From: Candidatus Marinacidobacterales bacterium
Lineage (GTDB): Bacteria; Acidobacteriota; Vicinamibacteria; Marinacidobacterales; SMYC01
Assembly: GCA_965224085.1 (NCBI GenBank)
Contig: CBDCYI010000005.1
Coordinates: 64,001-128,000 of the forward strand
Direction: 5' to 3'
Length of the DNA stretch: 64,000 nt
Under the pieces are notes generated by a model. That model had not been told where the DNA came from, made no database searches, and saw only the letters and a list, made by a program, of their open reading frames with translations. The position numbers and the translations under genes are program-made. Shown piece by piece: positions 29,815 to 40,176 of this stretch. Numbering within the stretch: position 1 is the first letter of the stretch; each line of letters starts with the position of its first letter.

Positions 29815-31029
29815 CTATTCATGGCGGAGTGCTTCGACGGGGTTTTGTTGGGCGGCTCTCAGGGCTGGGTAGATTCCGAAGCCCAAGCCCGTCACGACCG
29901 CGAGAAGCATGGCGGCCAGGACGGCTCGGAAGCTGAGGGCTGTTGGCCAGTCGGCGTAGCTCGAGACGGCGTAGGCCGCGACCGCACCCACAACGATGCC
30001 GGCAAGGCCGCCGCTACCCGTGAGCAATAACGCCTCCATCAAGAATTGCTGCACGATGTCGTCGCGGCTCGCACCGAGCGAGCGGCGTACGCCGACCTCC
30101 CTTATGCGCTCGGTGACGTTGGCGAGCATGATGTTCATGATGCCGATGCCGCCTACCACAAGGGAGATCGCGGCCACCGCGCCCACGACGACATTGAACT
30201 GGAAACGCGCGCGTTCATAGCCCGCGATGAGCTCTTGCGGCACGACGAGCTCGAAATCCCGAGCGCCTCGATGACGGCGCGACACCACCGACTCGATGAG
30301 CCTCGCCGAATCGCGCACCGCTTCCGCTTCGTCGATACGGATGGCGATCTCGTCCACCCGTCCGGTGGGCTCGGGAATGACGGAAAGTGGGATGAAGGCA
30401 ACGCGATTCACATTCCTACCGGCGAGGCGCGAGCCCCGGCGCGAGCGCTCGCGCGGCTCGAGCGCCCCCACGACCGAATACCACTCCAATTCGATACGCA
30501 CGCGTGATCCGACGGCGTCCTCGTAAGGAAATAGCGACACCGCAAGGTCGTGACCTAGCACGATGACACGGTTCGCCTCACGCAGATCGGTATCCGCAAG
30601 AAAGCGACCCTCGCGCAGCACTAGCTCCTCGGTACCGATATAGGACGGTGTCGTCGCCACGACCATGGCCTCGCTCCGGCGCTCGTCGCGCACAATTTGC
30701 TCCGAGAGCTCGCGTAGCGGCGCGAGGCTCGCGATAGTGGGACAGACATCGGCGATGGCTCGCGCATCCGCGATCGTAAGCCCGGGCGATTGAAGCGCTC
30801 GTGCATCGTACTCCGTTTCTTCGGACAGCGCTCCGGCGCGCACCGACACCCTTGTTACGCCGAGCCTTCCGACCTCGGCGAGGATCTCGCGACGTGCACC
30901 TTCGCCGACGGACAACATCGCGATGACGGCCCCCACACCAAAGACGATGCCGAGCGCCGAAAGCATCGACCGCAATCTGTGCTGCATCAATCCTCGCCAC
31001 GCGAGCCGGGTCAACGCGCGAGGCTTCAC
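29815..31029 (-). CDS. MacB/FtsX-type ABC permease
   Basis: RS.L..LGI.FGV..VI, ISLVVGGIGIMNIML..V.ER.REVG.R, P.EALRHE. Confidence 0.93.
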   Translation of the reverse strand: MKPRALTRLAWRGLMQHRLRSMLSALGIVFGVGAVIAMLSVGEGARREILAEVGRLGVTRVSVRAGALSEETEYDARALQSPGLTIADARAIADVCPTIASLAPLRELSEQIVRDERRSEAMVVATTPSYIGTEELVLREGRFLADTDLREANRVIVLGHDLAVSLFPYEDAVGSRVRIELEWYSVVGALEPRERSRRGSRLAGRNVNRVAFIPLSVIPEPTGRVDEIAIRIDEAEAVRDSARLIESVVSRRHRGARDFELVVPQELIAGYERARFQFNVVVGAVAAISLVVGGIGIMNIMLANVTERIREVGVRRSLGASRDDIVQQFLMEALLLTGSGGLAGIVVGAVAAYAVSSYADWPTALSFRAVLAAMLLAVVTGLGFGIYPALRAAQQNPVEALRHE

Positions 31030-31721
31030 GCCGCACCGTCTGTTCCACTATCGTGCACGAGTCGGCCGTCCGAAAGCTCGATGACGCGGTCCGCGCGCGC
31101 GGCAATGCTGGCGTCATGGGTCACGAGCACGAGAGTGCGCCCTTCGGCGACGAGGTCTTCGAGAAGCGCCAAAACCTCCTCACCGGTTCGGGAATCGAGA
31201 TTCCCTGTCGGCTCGTCGGCGAGAAGAAGCTCGGGCTCGTTGACTAGCGCGCGAGCGAGCGCGGCGCGCTGGGCTTCGCCTCCGGAGAGCTCCGTGGGAC
31301 GGTGAGAGCTGCGCTCGAGAATGCCGAGACGATCGAGCAGGCGTTCCGAGCGCTCGCGCCATTCCTTCTCGGGGCGGTCGCTATAAAGAAGGGACGTCTC
31401 CACGTTCTCGAGCACCGTCATCTGCGGAATGAGGTTGAACGACTGAAACAAGAACCCGATGAGGCGGCTCCGGAGCCGGCTGGCTGCCTTGTCATCGAGC
31501 TCGGCCGTGTCCGTCCCCTCGAGAAGGATTTGGCCGCGGGTCGGCTGGTCAAGGCAGCCGAGCAAGTTCATGAGAGTCGATTTCCCCGATCCGGAGCGGC
31601 CGACAATCGCCACGAAACTCCCGCGCTCGATATCGAGGCTCACGCCTCCGAGAGCGGAAAGCTCAATTCCTGCGCGAGGGTAGATACGATGGACGTCGAC
31701 GGCTCGAACGAGGTCGGTCAA
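31026..31721 (-). CDS. ABC transporter ATP-binding protein (LolD/MacB type)
   Basis: GRSGSGKST, LSGGEAQR, LLADEPTGNLD, VTHD. Confidence 0.95.
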   Translation of the reverse strand: MTDLVRAVDVHRIYPRAGIELSALGGVSLDIERGSFVAIVGRSGSGKSTLMNLLGCLDQPTRGQILLEGTDTAELDDKAASRLRSRLIGFLFQSFNLIPQMTVLENVETSLLYSDRPEKEWRERSERLLDRLGILERSSHRPTELSGGEAQRAALARALVNEPELLLADEPTGNLDSRTGEEVLALLEDLVAEGRTLVLVTHDASIAARADRVIELSDGRLVHDSGTDGAA

Positions 31722-31725
31722 GAGC

Positions 31726-33324
31726 TCAATGGGATGGCGCGACGACGTCGAGAAATCCGGGGAGAGCGTCGCGACCGACCGGATTAATGTCGTCGTTCGG
31801 ATCTCGCAATAGAACTCGGTCCCCCGGCTCGAGCCCGGTCTCGATCACGGTGTGGTTCTCGTTGCTGGGCCCGACGAGGACTTCCTGCACTTCGGGCGAA
31901 TGGCCGCGCATGACGTAGGTATAATACCGGCCGGCGCGCTCGAACACCGCTTCGAGCGGCACGTAGCGCGCCTTTTCGAGCCGCTCGACGAGTAGCTCCA
32001 CACGGGCCGACATGCCCGGCCGCAGCCTCGGGTCGGCGTTTTCGACAAGAATCGTGACCGTGAAGTACTTGCCTCCCCGGCGCGCTTGGTCTTCTTGCGC
32101 GAGCGTCCCGATGAAGCTGACCTCACCCTCGAGCGTGAGCTCGGGATAGGCTTCCACTGAGATCAACACCTGCTGGTTCTTTTCGACTTTGTAGATATCC
32201 GTCTCGCGGACTTGTGTCTCGACCGTCATTTGAGAGAGGTCGGGAAGCATGATCAACGGTTGATTGGGCCACACCTGATCGCCGACCTGCACCCTCCGCT
32301 TCTCGCTCCCGAAGAAGACCTCCTTGTAGATCACGAGTCCCGAGACGGTGGCTAGGATCTCACAGCGGTTCAAATTCTCGCTCTGGAACTCGACGCGAGA
32401 GACGAGCTCGGAATACTTGCTGCGTGCGAGATCGAGCGTCGCGTCCGCTTGCGAGAGGCGAAACGTATTCGCGCGCTGCGTCTGGCGGAGCCTTTCCTTG
32501 CTGCTAGTGAGGGTCGCACGCGAGCCCTCCATTTCGGCCGGCCGCGTGTACTTTATATAAGTGCGGTGCTTGATCTCGAGGAGCTTCAAGTCTTCGGCTG
32601 CCTTGTCGACAGCTTGCTTGGCGCGGTCGAGCTCGAGCTTCGTGATGAAGCCCTCCGTGAGGAGTGGCATCAAATCCTCATAGCTCGATTCGGCTTTTGC
32701 GAGCTCCCTTGTCGCTTGAGCGAGTCGAGCCGCGGACTCGGCTTCCGCGACCTTGCCTTTACCATCGACGACGCTTTCGAGCTCGAGCTCCGCAAGCCGC
32801 ACTTTGTCCGCCGACTGGGTCTTTTCGTCCCTGGCGGCGATGAGTAACAGCTTGTGCTCTTCGGTCGCCTTGACGAGCTCGGCTTGCGCTTGAGCGAGCT
32901 GAGCCCGGGTTTGCTCGAGCTCCTCGGCAAAAGGCTGCGAGTCGAACTTTACCAGCATGTCTCCGACGTCGACATGCGCACCCTCGGAAACGATTTCCAG
33001 AATCTTCGCCTGGCTTCCAGGAATCGCAGAGGAATAGGTTACCGAGCGAAGCGCCTGAAGCGTCCCGCTCTCGACGATCTTCACCTCGAAAGGGCCTTGC
33101 TCGACGGCAGCCAAAAGCATCGGCCCCGACGAGCGCGTTGACTGGATGACAAGGCCAATCGCGAAGAGCCCTAGCGCGAGACCGCCCCCCGCAAAAAGTG
33201 CGCGGCGCGGATGCACCAACAGCCACGAACCCCGCGCGCGCAAGCTGCTCCGGGTCTCGACCGGGGTCTCGACTCCGGTCTCGACCGGGCTGCTGCGACG
33301 GAAAGTGCCAGTCGTCTCGCTCAC
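31726..33324 (-). CDS. Efflux periplasmic adaptor (MFP) with a long coiled coil
   Basis: TM, lipoyl halves, V.ETDI.KV, LRPGMSA. Confidence 0.9.
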   Translation of the reverse strand: MSETTGTFRRSSPVETGVETPVETRSSLRARGSWLLVHPRRALFAGGGLALGLFAIGLVIQSTRSSGPMLLAAVEQGPFEVKIVESGTLQALRSVTYSSAIPGSQAKILEIVSEGAHVDVGDMLVKFDSQPFAEELEQTRAQLAQAQAELVKATEEHKLLLIAARDEKTQSADKVRLAELELESVVDGKGKVAEAESAARLAQATRELAKAESSYEDLMPLLTEGFITKLELDRAKQAVDKAAEDLKLLEIKHRTYIKYTRPAEMEGSRATLTSSKERLRQTQRANTFRLSQADATLDLARSKYSELVSRVEFQSENLNRCEILATVSGLVIYKEVFFGSEKRRVQVGDQVWPNQPLIMLPDLSQMTVETQVRETDIYKVEKNQQVLISVEAYPELTLEGEVSFIGTLAQEDQARRGGKYFTVTILVENADPRLRPGMSARVELLVERLEKARYVPLEAVFERAGRYYTYVMRGHSPEVQEVLVGPSNENHTVIETGLEPGDRVLLRDPNDDINPVGRDALPGFLDVVAPSH

Positions 33325-34763
33325 GGATGATGCCTCGCACCCGGAAGAAAGCTGCCAGGTGCAAATTCCGTTTCGATGTCCAGCGTTCCGGTGACGCGCT
33401 TCAACCGCATCTGCGAGACGTGATAGTCCGCGAGGAGCGACACGTAGTTGCTGCGGGCTTGAATCAAGTTGTTCTCCGCATCGATGATATCGAAGTTGCT
33501 CGCTAGCCCGCGCTGATAGCGCAGCGTCGCAAGCCGAAGCTGCTTTTCCGCAAAATCGATATTTCGCTCCTGGAGCAGGATGCTCTTTCCGAGGCGCTCG
33601 ACGTTGCGTGCGGCGGCTCGAACCTCGTTGGCGATGTTGTACTCGACCAGTCGGAGCGAGCGCCGGCGCGCGTCGACATCGATCTGCGATAAGGCAAAAG
33701 AAGCGTTCTCAGAAGATCGGTCGAGCGCATAGCTGGTAGACAAGAACACGTTGAACGCGCTGTCTTGAAAATCTAGGCTCGAATAGAACGACTCTCCGAT
33801 ACCCCGCTGCTCATAGCGCATGTTCAAATCGAGCACCGGCAACAGATTTTGCTTCGAGATCGATAACGATCGCTGCGCGTCTTGGATGCGATCCTGCTCC
33901 TCGCGCACCTCGATGCGGTTTTGAAGAGCGAGGCGGGTGAGCGTGTCGACGTCGATCTCGACCGGCTGATATTCCGGCTCGACCATCTCCAGAGAAACGC
34001 GCTCGAGAGGGCCTAGTCCGAGGTTGAACTTGAACGCGTCGATGGCAAGATCGAGCGCTTCTCGTCTCAAGATGACGCCTTCTTCGGCTTGCGAGAGCTG
34101 GAGCTCGGCGCGAAAAACATCGAGCTTTGACGCAAGGCCGACTTCGAGTCGCGCTTCGGAAGCGCGAAGAAGCTCTTTGTTCCGCTCGAGAGACTTCTCC
34201 GCAACCTCAGCGAGACCTCGCTGTCGAACGATGTTGTAGTAGCTCGCGACGACATCCACGGCCAATCTTTGACGCGCGAGCTCGAGATTGCGCTCAGAGC
34301 CTTGCAGGCTCCGCCTCGAGTTCTCGAGCTCGAACACCGTCGCTTTCTTGCCGAAGCCACGCAGAAGAGGTTGGGTCACGCCAAGGGAGAGCGCGGAGTT
34401 GTTGAAGTTCCCGAAATCGTTGCTGGCGGAGTCGGTGCGATAGCTTCCCGTGATCGTCGCGCCGTACGATAAAAGCTTCGACGCGTCGAGCCCGAACCTC
34501 TGGTCGACGACTGTTTGCTCTCCGACGCCTCGAGAGTAGGACGGCGTGATTTTGAGATTGAATCGCGACTCGGCCAAGTTCTCGGAAATAAGAGCGCCCT
34601 GTACAGCGTCCACGGTCGACATCAGATGCAAGTTATTGATCAGGGCGAGCTTGACGGCTTCTTCGAGGCTGAGCACACGCTCTGCTCGCCCCGGATCCTG
34701 CGCGACGCCGTAGGCTTGGCTTGCCAAGAGGACGACCGCGCATACCACCCCGCAAAGCCGCAT
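33321..34763 (-). CDS. TolC family outer membrane protein
   Basis: LSLEEAV.LAL.NN, TQPLLRGFG, RY..GL.S..D...AE. Confidence 0.92.
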   Translation of the reverse strand: MRLCGVVCAVVLLASQAYGVAQDPGRAERVLSLEEAVKLALINNLHLMSTVDAVQGALISENLAESRFNLKITPSYSRGVGEQTVVDQRFGLDASKLLSYGATITGSYRTDSASNDFGNFNNSALSLGVTQPLLRGFGKKATVFELENSRRSLQGSERNLELARQRLAVDVVASYYNIVRQRGLAEVAEKSLERNKELLRASEARLEVGLASKLDVFRAELQLSQAEEGVILRREALDLAIDAFKFNLGLGPLERVSLEMVEPEYQPVEIDVDTLTRLALQNRIEVREEQDRIQDAQRSLSISKQNLLPVLDLNMRYEQRGIGESFYSSLDFQDSAFNVFLSTSYALDRSSENASFALSQIDVDARRRSLRLVEYNIANEVRAAARNVERLGKSILLQERNIDFAEKQLRLATLRYQRGLASNFDIIDAENNLIQARSNYVSLLADYHVSQMRLKRVTGTLDIETEFAPGSFLPGARHHP

Positions 34764-34958
34764 AGGTCTATTTTACCACTGCTTGGTGCTCGTTCGCTCC
34801 TCGAGCGGAGTGGTGTAGAGAATGAAGATGTGGGGATGGGAGGGATTAGGGAGATGTCTGGCTTTATCTCCACCTGTCCACACCTCCCCGCCCGACCTTT
34901 TCTTTGCACATCGACAGGTGTTTCGAGTGCCTACAACCGTACCTTTTCGAGGCCAGCG

Positions 34959-36065
34959 TTATTCGATCTGGAGCTCGACGCGGACGGGCTCCCGGCCCAA
35001 TCGCAGGACGATTCGCCGGCCGTCTAGCGAGAGAACTTCCCCACCGAGGACGCGAAGACTGCCGGAAACGAGACCGGCCGTGCCGACGAACTCAAGTTGA
35101 AGGACACCGATCGACGACGAGGCACCGACGAGCTTTATCGAGACATGGTTTCTACCCGCTTGGCCCTCGAGGCGAAAGCGGCTCGGAGCCCCCGAACGGA
35201 GCGCCGCGATTTGGGTATCGTTCGACACGAGGCGCGCCCCTAGGATTGCGCTACCCGATGTCGGTTCGAGACGCGCCATGAGATCCATCTGGCGGGAGCC
35301 CGTGGATTCCTCCGCCCGTTGAAACTGCACCACGACGGACTTCGTGATCGCGTCGCCGTCACCTTTCGCGTTGTTCACCGTGAGGGAAACGGTCGTGTCC
35401 AGCGGCGCGGAACAGTTCAGCCAATCTTTGACGACCGTCTGGCCCGAATAGTAGTCGTTACCGAACTCGTCCGAGAACACCCAATCGTAGCTCGTTACAT
35501 CCCCGTTGGAGCAGGAAGCATCCACTCGGATCTTGCATCCAGTACCGTGGTCCGCATCTGCGGCGGTAAAGCACGCTCCAACGCGTTCCTCGACGACGAT
35601 TTGTCGCTTCTTGCTGTCCTGATTCGGACGGGCTCGCGCGGACGTGCCGCCGTCGGTGACCGTCTGCGTCACTTCGTAGATGCCGGCTTCTCGAAAGACG
35701 ACGGTGACGACGCGGCCCGTTTCCTGCCGACCGTCGCTGAAATCCCAGACATATTGCGCCATTCGATCGCCACTATCGCCCTCGCTGTCTGCTCGAGAGC
35801 AGCTCCCATCGAGACGCAGCGGCTCACCCGTCGCGACGACCGCGGGGTTCGGATCCACGGCGAAACAGGCAATGAGCTCGGTATCGCCCGTAGGTGCCGC
35901 AGGCATCGCGGCGGCAGTAATCGGCGCGTGCAAGCTCGGATGGCCGTCGAAAGACCAGCACTCGTTTTTCGGATCTAGCGAAACCGAAGGCCCTATGGGC
36001 ACCGTCTGTCCGCCGAAGCAAAGACCGACCGTGACGACGAAGTTCGACTTTCCCGTCATAACCAA
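34959..36065 (-). pseudogene. PKD-domain protein, 5' end degraded or deleted
   Basis: Two PKD-like units (LDGSCS...YVWDFSDG...G.YEV..TVTD; DASCS...YDWVF); no signal peptide or clean start; abuts the truncated kinase. Confidence 0.6.
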
Positions 36066-36433
36066 AGACCCCAGGGCTGAAAGCGGCCCGAGCTCAGGAA
36101 TTCAGATTGTGTGGTTATGACTTCAGGCTACCGGGTGGCAGCCGCCACGTCAACGCTTCCGCGTCGGATGACAACCGCGAGCCGATGCGCTCAGGGCCCA
36201 CGCCCGCGAAAGAAGCTACCTCTTCTTCATGGGATTGAATTCTGCGACGCCTGTTTCCTCGAAGTCCTTGATTTTTTGGCCTTGCTTCGCGGAGGTCGCG
36301 TTGACGACGAGATTGGAGATGCGCTCGGGGTCCTCGTCGATGACGGGATAGGAGCAGCTCGAGCTTTCCGACATCGAAATCTTGTGAGGCCGGGTACGTG
36401 CCGTTTGAAACTCGTTGTCGACCGACCAGACGT

Positions 36434-37205
36434 GCGCTCATCCTTATCCTTCATGAGCGCCTTGTCCACGATCGCCTGGAGCTCCGGCATCTCGCCGCCA
36501 CCGTCGGGAAGCACCAACTCTGGCGCCTCCTGATTGAGTACTTTGAAGAAGACCGCCTGGATGCTGTCTCCGGTGAACGGTTTCTTGTTCGTCAAAAGCC
36601 GATAGAGGATGACGCCAGCGCTGAAAATGTCGGAGCGGCCGTCGACCTTTTGCCCGCGGATCTGCTCCGGAGACATATAATCCGCCGTTCCGAGCACGGT
36701 GCCCGTTTGCGTCTGCGAGGACTGCGTAAGCCGCGCGACGCCGAAATCCATGATCTTCGCGATGCCGCTCTCGGAGATGAAGATGTTCGCGGGTTTGATA
36801 TCTCGGTGAACGATATGGTGCTCGTGAGCGTGCGCGAGACCACGGCAGGTCTGCGCGACCACGTCCAGTTTTTCTTTGAGCGTTAGTGGACTTCTCCGGA
36901 TCCGCTGCTCGAGATCTCTGCCCCTTCAAGAACTCCATCGCCATGTATGGCACACCTTGATCGTCATAGCCAAAGTCGTACACGGTGACGATGTTCGGGT
37001 GCTGCAGCCGCGCCGAGGCCTTGGCCTCCTGCTCGAATCTCTTTTTCAGCTCCGGATCGGACAACGTCGCGGCGCCCATCACTTTGATGGCGACTTCACG
37101 CTCAAGAGCAGGGTCGAAGCCCCTATAGACGACGCCCATAGCACCTTTACCCAGCTCCCCTTGGATTTGGTATTTGCCAAGTGTCTTTTGTGGAGTCTCT
37201 GGCAT
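36434..37205 (-). pseudogene. Ser/Thr protein kinase, frameshifted and 3'-truncated
   Basis: LGKGAMGVVY, VAIKV, HPNIV in one frame; HRDIKPAN, DFG, YMSPEQ in another (extra base in the G-run at 36921-36924); similarity ends abruptly at KDKDER. Confidence 0.85.
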
Positions 37206-37407
37206 GGTTGACTTTCCGCAGACGGCGTCGCCCCACAGTTTAGCAAACCCTTCGAAGACAATCACCTGCCGGTATTCGGCTCCCGGTAGACCGACGGCGG
37301 TCGACTTGGACGGCTTGGAAAGGACCCCCTTCTACCGTATCCTATTGGGACGCCTATCGCCTGAGGTTTCTCCTCTATTGAGCTCAAAAAGTAGTTTTGG
37401 CACCGAC

Positions 37408-38457
37408 ATGGACATGGCGACGCTCGCCGACCGACTCGATGGACGCGTCGTGGGCGATTCTAGCCGGAAGCTCACTGGCCTTTCATCCCTCGCCGAGGCG
37501 GGTCCACACGATCTCGCGTTTTATTCCGACGCGCGTTATCGCGCGGCACTGAAGGCGACGAAGGCGGGTGGGCTCATCACACAAGAGCCCATCGAAGGGC
37601 TCGCGATCCCGCAAATCGTGCACCCGGATCCGTTTCTCGCCTTTGTCGAGCTCGTAGACATGTTCTTCCCCGGTGACGCGGTGGCGGCAGGCATTCATCC
37701 TCTGGCGCACGTGGACGATTCTGCTCGAGTCGGATCCGACGTCACGATTTTCCCGTTCGCCTGCGTCAGCGCCGACGCCCGTATCGGCGCCGGCTGTGTT
37801 CTGCATTCCGGTGTCTATCTCGGCCGCGGCGCCACCATTGGTGAAGCATGTACGCTATGGCCGAACGTCGTCATTCGTGAGCGTGTCTCGCTCGGCGCGC
37901 GCGTGATCGTCCATCCCGGCGCCGTCCTCGGCGCGGATGGCTTCGGCTTCGCGAGACGCGAGGCTACGTTCATCAAAGTGCGGCATGTGGGCTCCGTCAC
38001 CATCGAGGATGAGGTCGAGATCGGCGCCAACACGACCATCGATCGGGGCACGTTGGGCGATACGGTGATCGGCCGCGGCGTCAAGATCGACAACCTTGTG
38101 CACATCGCGCACAACGTTCACATCGGTGAGGGCACGGCGATGGCCGCGCAGTCGGGCGTCTCGGGCAGCACCGTCATCGGCAAACGCGTTCTGATGGGCG
38201 GCCAAGTCGGGATGGTGGACCACCTCAGCATTGGCGACGACGCCGTGCTCACCGCGCAGTCGGGCGTCATCGGCGACGTCCCCGAGTCTGCCATGGTGTC
38301 CGGCTATCCAGCACGTCCTCATAGAGAGGTGATGCGATCGACAGCGGAGCTACGGAGGTTGTCGAAGCTTCGACGGAGAGTTCGAGCTCTCGAAGAGCAA
38401 ATCCGCGCCCTCACTCTCGAAGCCGAGCGCAGGAGTGTAGATGATTCCCGTCGATGA
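37408..38457 (+). CDS. lpxD: UDP-3-O-acyl-glucosamine N-acyltransferase
   Basis: Hexapeptide repeats, GADGFGF, VEIGANTTIDRG, KIDNLV.IAHNV. Confidence 0.96.
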   Translation: MDMATLADRLDGRVVGDSSRKLTGLSSLAEAGPHDLAFYSDARYRAALKATKAGGLITQEPIEGLAIPQIVHPDPFLAFVELVDMFFPGDAVAAGIHPLAHVDDSARVGSDVTIFPFACVSADARIGAGCVLHSGVYLGRGATIGEACTLWPNVVIRERVSLGARVIVHPGAVLGADGFGFARREATFIKVRHVGSVTIEDEVEIGANTTIDRGTLGDTVIGRGVKIDNLVHIAHNVHIGEGTAMAAQSGVSGSTVIGKRVLMGGQVGMVDHLSIGDDAVLTAQSGVIGDVPESAMVSGYPARPHREVMRSTAELRRLSKLRRRVRALEEQIRALTLEAERRSVDDSRR

Positions 38458-39685
38458 AGCGCTCGCTCTCGTGCTCGACAATGTCGAACCCCTGCCGGCA
38501 GAGACGGTTGATTTTGCTGAGGCCTGTGGCCGGCTTCTCCGAGAGGACGTCGCTTCCGATATCGACATGCCGCCTTTTCCGAGATCCGCGGTCGATGGGT
38601 TCGCGCTACGCGCAGAAGATTTAGCCAGCCTTCCCGCGCGCTTATCGGTGATCGGCGAAGTTCCAGCCGGCACACTTCCTGACTTCCGCGTTGGCGTCCG
38701 GGAGGCTGCGCAGATCATGACGGGCGCGCCCGTACCCGAAGGCGCGGACGCAGTCCAAATGGTGGAAAGCTCGAGATGGGTCGATACCGATGTGGAGATT
38801 CTCACGTCCGTTAAATCTCGTCAAAACGTGGCGGCAAAAGGCAGTGAAGTCCAAAAGGGCGATATCGTGCTCCGAAGTGGTACGCGGCTCGACCCACCCG
38901 CGGTCGCCGTGGCCGCCACCGTGGGCAAGACACGTCTCGAAGTGGGCCCGCGCGCGAAGGTCGCTGTCATCGCCACAGGGGACGAGCTCGTAGCTCCGTC
39001 CGAAACGCCGGGACCTGGGCAAATCCGCAACAGCAACGGCTTTTCTCTCGTCGCACAATGTCGGGCTGCGGGCGCGGCGGTGAGCTATCTCGGCGTCGCT
39101 CGCGACGATGAAGCGTCCCTCGAAACACTGATCGGTCAAGGGCTCGACTTCGACGTCCTGCTTCTTTCGGGCGGCGTTTCCGTGGGCCGTTTCGATCTCG
39201 TCGAAAACGTGCTCGAGACTTTCGGCGTTCGCTTCTTGTTCGACGCCGTTCGGTTGAAGCCCGGTAAACCGCTGGTGTTCGGGCTCGGAGATGGTACGCT
39301 GGTATTCGGACTTCCGGGAAATCCCGTTTCGACGATGGTCACCTTCGAGCTTTTCGTGCGAACTGCACTGGCGCGCCTCGAAGGCGCCGCGGATCCGACG
39401 CGCGCACTTCTTAGAGCGACGCTCGAGAAAAAGCTCGCAAACCGTGGTGTTCGGCGCGCATTCGTTCCGGGCTGGGTACGTACCGGGGAGAGCGGAGAGC
39501 TCCAGGCATTCCCAATCGCCACGCGAGGCTCGGGCGACGTCGTGGCGTTCTCCAAGAGCAACGCGCTTCTGATCGTGCCGGAGGATATCGACAAGCTCGA
39601 AGCAGGCGACGACGTCCGCTTCTACCCCCTCGACAGTTTTCTAATCAAAGAGGACTTATGGCAGGCCGGACGAAACCCGAGCTGA
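38441..39685 (+). CDS. moeA: Molybdopterin molybdotransferase
   Basis: PPF.RSAVDGFA, IMTGAPVP.GADAV, TGDEL, SGGVSVG, KPGKP, GLPGNPVS. Confidence 0.96.
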   Translation: MIPVDEALALVLDNVEPLPAETVDFAEACGRLLREDVASDIDMPPFPRSAVDGFALRAEDLASLPARLSVIGEVPAGTLPDFRVGVREAAQIMTGAPVPEGADAVQMVESSRWVDTDVEILTSVKSRQNVAAKGSEVQKGDIVLRSGTRLDPPAVAVAATVGKTRLEVGPRAKVAVIATGDELVAPSETPGPGQIRNSNGFSLVAQCRAAGAAVSYLGVARDDEASLETLIGQGLDFDVLLLSGGVSVGRFDLVENVLETFGVRFLFDAVRLKPGKPLVFGLGDGTLVFGLPGNPVSTMVTFELFVRTALARLEGAADPTRALLRATLEKKLANRGVRRAFVPGWVRTGESGELQAFPIATRGSGDVVAFSKSNALLIVPEDIDKLEAGDDVRFYPLDSFLIKEDLWQAGRNPS

Positions 39686-40176
39686 GTCACATAGGCGAAG
39701 GCGGCGCCGCGCGCATGGTCGACGTGCGCGCTAAACAGGACGCCGATCGTGAAGCCGTCGCTACCGGCGACATTCGGATCGCTCCGGAGGCTCTAAAGCT
39801 CGTACGCAAAGGTAAGACCAAGAAAGGCAACGTCATCGAGACAGCGAGGCTCGCCGGGATCCTCGCGGCGAAACGTACGTCGGATCTCATCCCTCTCTGC
39901 CATCCCCTAGCCATCGATTACGTCGATGTCGACATTCGTGACCACTCGAGTGGGCTCGCGATCGAGGCCACCGTGCGCTCCCACGGACGCACCGGCGTCG
40001 AGATGGAAGCCCTCACCGCCGTCTCGGTCGCGGCCCTCACGATTTACGACATGGTGAAAGCAGCTGACAAGACGATGGTCATCGAGAACATACGGCTCAT
40101 GCGCAAGCTCGGGGGCAAGAGCGGCCTGTACGAGCGGGACGCCTCGCAATCTCGAACCCAATCTCGAAATGGCTAA
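39658..40176 (+). CDS. moaC: Cyclic pyranopterin monophosphate synthase
   Basis: MVDV, LIPLCHP, TGVEMEAL, TIYDM.KA, GGKSG. Confidence 0.97.
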   Translation: MAGRTKPELSHIGEGGAARMVDVRAKQDADREAVATGDIRIAPEALKLVRKGKTKKGNVIETARLAGILAAKRTSDLIPLCHPLAIDYVDVDIRDHSSGLAIEATVRSHGRTGVEMEALTAVSVAALTIYDMVKAADKTMVIENIRLMRKLGGKSGLYERDASQSRTQSRNG

